Positions 60,542 through 64,000 of a stretch of DNA of 64,000 nt are shown piece by piece. The translations under genes and the position numbers were made by a program. Each line of letters starts with the position of its first letter. The stretch's first letter is position 1. A model generated the notes under the pieces. The model made no database searches. It was not told the origin of the DNA and saw only the letters and a program-made list of their open reading frames with translations. Location: the sequence record SRR22947727_1359; one strand, given 5' to 3'.

Positions 60542-63190
60542 ATGAAACAACGCTATTGGGCATGGATCATTCTTCTTGGTTGGAGCACTTCACTTTTTGC
60601 GGTTGAAGACGGCGCTCTATTTTTTGAAAAGGACATCCGCCCTATTTTAAAAACCCATTGTTTCCAATGTCATGGTGAAGAAGACGTCACCAAAGGTGGA
60701 CTCGACGTTCGTCTGGTTCGATTTCTGAACAAAGGCGGGGAATCCGGCCCTGCTTTAATTGCGGGGGATCCCGCCGGCAGTCATTTACTTACCCAGCTAA
60801 AAGAAGGTGAGATGCCTAAGGGAAAGGGAATGCTGCCCGATCATGAGATTGCAACGATCGAAAAATGGATTGCTCAAGGGGCGAAGGCCGCCCGTCCGGA
60901 ACCGGAAAAACTCGGACCTGAGCACCTTTTCACGGAAGAAGACCGGCGCTGGTGGTCGCTCCAGCCTATCAAAAAGCCCGTTTTACCGGAAAGTGGATTC
61001 AAAAACCCGATTGATGCATTTGTCGCGGCAAAGCTAAAATCGAATGGGCTGGAATTCTCTCCAGAAGCAGATGCGCGAACTTTGATTCGACGAGCTTCGT
61101 TTAATCTCGCAGGCCTGCCTCCAACACCTGAAGAGGTTGCTGAATTTGGAAAAGATCCAGATTTTGGAAAACAGGTTGATCGACTACTCGCCTCACCATC
61201 CTATGGAGAACGATGGGGCCGCCATTGGCTGGATGTTGCTGGATATGCAGATTCAGACGGATACCACGCAAAAGATCTCGAGCGAAAGCATGCGTGGAGA
61301 TATCGAGACTATGTCATCAAGTCGCTAAACGAAGACAAACCGTTTAATGAGTTTGTTCGTGAGCAGCTGGCCGGAGATGAAATCGCTGCGCTCGAAAAAA
61401 TTCAGGCCAATTCACCGCCAGAGTTCGCCAAACGCTACGCTGAGTTAATCACGGCGACAGGATTCCTTCGCATGGCTCCCGATGGAACCGGAGCAAAAAG
61501 CGATATTACTACTCGAAACGACTGCATCACTGCGACCTTAAAAATCGTCAGCACCTCGCTTTACGGCATGACGATTCAATGCGCTCAATGCCACGACCAT
61601 CGTTACGACCCCATTTCACAGGCGGACTACTATCGATTGCGAGCCGTTTTTGAACCCGGTTTTGATGTTCCTAAATGGCGCAGCCCCAATGCACGGCTGA
61701 TTTCACTCCAAACAAAAGCGGAAGCGGCAGAGGCTGCCGAAATCGAGAAAGAAGCCAAAAAAATAGATACCGAGCGGGTCGCGATGCAGACAAAATTCAT
61801 CACCGAAGTGCTTGGAAAACTGCTCGCCGACGTTCCGGAAGCCGATCGTGAAGCCGTTAAGGTCGCCTACCGAACCCCGGCAAAGGAAAAAACTCCCGAG
61901 CAAACCAAATTACTCACCGGATACCCCAAAGTCAAAAAACTGAGCGCCGGCTCACTCTACTTATACGACTCGACTTACAAAACCAAGCATGCCGCCACGA
62001 TTAAGGAGATGGTGGCCAAAGCGACTGAAGTTCGTAAGAAAAAACCGGAAGCCAGAATGGTTCAGGCGTTCACGGAAACTCCAAAAAAGCCCGAGGCGGT
62101 AGCCCCAACCAAAGTGTTTTTCCGTGGCGATTATGAGTCTCCCACTAAAGAAGTGAAACCAGGAGACCTCTCCGTTTTGGCTGGCTGGCGTAAGGTTGAA
62201 ATCGCAGATCACTCCGACGCGCTCTCATCCACAGGAAGGCGCCTTGCTCTGGCGGATTCATTAACGGACGGCAAGCACCCGCTTCTTGCCCGGGTCATGG
62301 TCAATCGGGTTTGGATGCATCACTTTGGAAAAGGAATTGTTGAAACCGCCGGCGATTTTGGAGCGCTCGGAAACGACCCAACGCATCCGGATTTGCTCGA
62401 CTTTCTTGCAGCGGATTTCATGGAGCACGGCTGGAGCCTGAAACGGCTTCACCGCCAAATTATGACTTCCAAAACATGGCAACAGAGTTCAACCCGCGAT
62501 GCAATACGCGAAGAGATTGATCCAGACAACAATCTATTGAGCCGCCAGAATGTTCGCCGAATCGAAGCTGAAACGCTTCGCGATGCGCTGCTAGCTGTTT
62601 CAGGGAAGTTGAGCCCGAAACAATTCGGCAAAGCGATACCTGTCATGTTCGACACTCAGGGCTCTATCGTGATTGGAAATGACACCACTGACACAGCAGG
62701 TCGTCAGACCGGAAAGTTCATTTCGTTGGAAGGCGAAGAGTTTCGCCGAAGTGTTTATGTTCAAGTCCGTCGGACGCGCCCCATGTCGATGTTCCAAACC
62801 TTCGATGCGCCTGACATGACCGAGCCCAACTGCGAGCTTCGCCCCGTCACAACAGTTTCGCCACAGAGCTTGTTGCTCATGAACAACACGGCGATGCGGG
62901 AATACGCCCAATACTTTGCGGACCGAATGCAATCCGACGGCGGTTCTGATGTCGCTTCAAAAATCAAATTCGCCTGGGAGCATATCTACAATCGCACGCC
63001 ATCCGCCGATGATTTGAAAGCGGCAACGGAATTTGTGGCCGCTCAGACTGAGTTTTATAAAGAGAATCCCGCGAAACTTGAAAAGATCGCGGGTCCAAAA
63101 GAGAAAGAAAATGCGGCCCCGGAACTCCTCGGGCTGACAGCTCTCAGCCACGCCTTGATGAGCGCGAACGAATTTCTCTACATCGATTAA
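60542..63190 (+). CDS. PSCyt1/DUF1549/DUF1553 protein (planctomycete cytochrome c + PSD1)
   Basis: CFQCHG, YGERWGRHWLD, CAQCHDHRYDPI, VNRVWMHHFG, EFLYID. Confidence 0.92.
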   Translation: MKQRYWAWIILLGWSTSLFAVEDGALFFEKDIRPILKTHCFQCHGEEDVTKGGLDVRLVRFLNKGGESGPALIAGDPAGSHLLTQLKEGEMPKGKGMLPDHEIATIEKWIAQGAKAARPEPEKLGPEHLFTEEDRRWWSLQPIKKPVLPESGFKNPIDAFVAAKLKSNGLEFSPEADARTLIRRASFNLAGLPPTPEEVAEFGKDPDFGKQVDRLLASPSYGERWGRHWLDVAGYADSDGYHAKDLERKHAWRYRDYVIKSLNEDKPFNEFVREQLAGDEIAALEKIQANSPPEFAKRYAELITATGFLRMAPDGTGAKSDITTRNDCITATLKIVSTSLYGMTIQCAQCHDHRYDPISQADYYRLRAVFEPGFDVPKWRSPNARLISLQTKAEAAEAAEIEKEAKKIDTERVAMQTKFITEVLGKLLADVPEADREAVKVAYRTPAKEKTPEQTKLLTGYPKVKKLSAGSLYLYDSTYKTKHAATIKEMVAKATEVRKKKPEARMVQAFTETPKKPEAVAPTKVFFRGDYESPTKEVKPGDLSVLAGWRKVEIADHSDALSSTGRRLALADSLTDGKHPLLARVMVNRVWMHHFGKGIVETAGDFGALGNDPTHPDLLDFLAADFMEHGWSLKRLHRQIMTSKTWQQSSTRDAIREEIDPDNNLLSRQNVRRIEAETLRDALLAVSGKLSPKQFGKAIPVMFDTQGSIVIGNDTTDTAGRQTGKFISLEGEEFRRSVYVQVRRTRPMSMFQTFDAPDMTEPNCELRPVTTVSPQSLLLMNNTAMREYAQYFADRMQSDGGSDVASKIKFAWEHIYNRTPSADDLKAATEFVAAQTEFYKENPAKLEKIAGPKEKENAAPELLGLTALSHALMSANEFLYID

Positions 63191-63221
63191 GAGCCGATCG
63201 CCTTTCAACTTTTCTGTTAGG

Positions 63222-63266
63222 GCACAAAAAAACAGGGCCCGATGAAATGAATCACCGAGCCCTGTT
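63222..63266 (-). terminator. Intrinsic terminator of tsf (possibly bidirectional)
   Basis: AACAGGGCTCGGTGA...TCATCGGGCCCTGTT followed by TTTTTGTG on the minus strand. Confidence 0.75.
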
Positions 63267-63292
63267 GGAATTGATTTTAGACGAAGCCTAAA

Positions 63293-64000
63293 TCAGCTCG
63301 CGAATTCTTCGCCAACTGCAAATCGCTCGAAGCGATTGATTGAGAGCTCATCACCGATGTCTTTGCCTACGGACTCAACCAGCTTTTTGATGGTCTGATC
63401 AGCATCCTTAACGAATGCCTGCTCAAGAAGCGCGTGCGTGCCATAAAACTTGTTCATCTTACCCTTGATGATCATTTCGATCTTATCCGCTGGCTTGTCC
63501 TTCATCTGATCACGGAAAATATCTTTCTCCGTCTCAATGAGGCTTTCAGGAACCTCTTCACGAGTGATGCAGATCGGGCTGGCCGCGGCAATGTGAAGCG
63601 TGAGATCCTTAACAAGCGTGAGGAATTTCTCACTGGAGACGGAGTCTGCTTTACCAGCACCCACTTCGATAAGAACACCCACTTTGCCCTGCATGTGGAT
63701 GTATGTAGAAACGGAACCTTCGCCCGCAGCACTCAGCTTTACCCAACGGGTAAGACCCATGTTTTCGCCGAGTTGGCCCGCCTTGTCTTTCACGAAAAGG
63801 TCGAGCGTCTGTGACTCATCACCAACGAAGTTCTCGGCCAGGATGGCATCAAGAGCAGCTCCTTCAGGAGACTTTTCAACGTGATCCAGAATCTGCTCAA
63901 CGAACTCGCGGAAATTGTCGTTCTTCGCGACGAAATCAGTTTCGCAGTTCACTTCAATCATCACGCCGAACTTTCCGTCCGCCGCAACGCGAGAAGCGAT
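63293..64000 (-). CDS. tsf: Translation elongation factor Ts, 5'-partial
   Basis: EVNCETDFVAKN, LGEN, YIH..GKVGVL, LHIAAASP, LLEQAFVKD, FERFAVGE. Confidence 0.97.
   Translation of the reverse strand: MASRVAADGKFGVMIEVNCETDFVAKNDNFREFVEQILDHVEKSPEGAALDAILAENFVGDESQTLDLFVKDKAGQLGENMGLTRWVKLSAAGEGSVSTYIHMQGKVGVLIEVGAGKADSVSSEKFLTLVKDLTLHIAAASPICITREEVPESLIETEKDIFRDQMKDKPADKIEMIIKGKMNKFYGTHALLEQAFVKDADQTIKKLVESVGKDIGDELSINRFERFAVGEEFAS

Noticed and set aside
63231-63268. tsf terminator as a REP copy (AACAGGG...CCCTGTTGG)
   Set aside because: Internal spacing and sequence do not fit the 21+1+21 pattern; explained as an ordinary terminator.

Overview
Bacterial chromosome segment, most likely from the PVC superphylum and probably Verrucomicrobiota. 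That placement is inferred from the DUF1592/DUF1552 and DUF1549-DUF1553/DUF1501 gene pairs, the sulfatases and a PVC-type dehydrogenase. About 50 CDS are present. Housekeeping genes look intact (rlmH, ispH, uxaC, scpA, scpB, pheA, trpB, lspA, glpD, partial tsf), alongside many secreted carbohydrate and redox proteins and tRNA-Ser(CGA) with a decayed primase-bearing island remnant at its 3' end. Most interesting observations: (1) a stand-alone lipoprotein C39 peptidase next to a small Sec-exported precursor (signal peptide / leader ending EAG / Gly-rich hydrophobic core / acidic tail), with no ABC transporter; (2) a 21-bp hairpin REP-like repeat at 11 loci, including a 99-bp four-unit copy inserted in frame into a signal-peptide coding region; (3) a secreted SH3 protein carrying about six MinD-MTS-like amphipathic motifs; (4) an orphan Gly/Cys-rich two-gene locus with an in-frame amber stop; (5) an ABC-lipocalin-flavinylated FeS-pseudopilin-like operon; (6) many lesions confined to accessory genes; (7) a leaderless-promoter signature. 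All calls come from motif recognition by eye; no searches were run.
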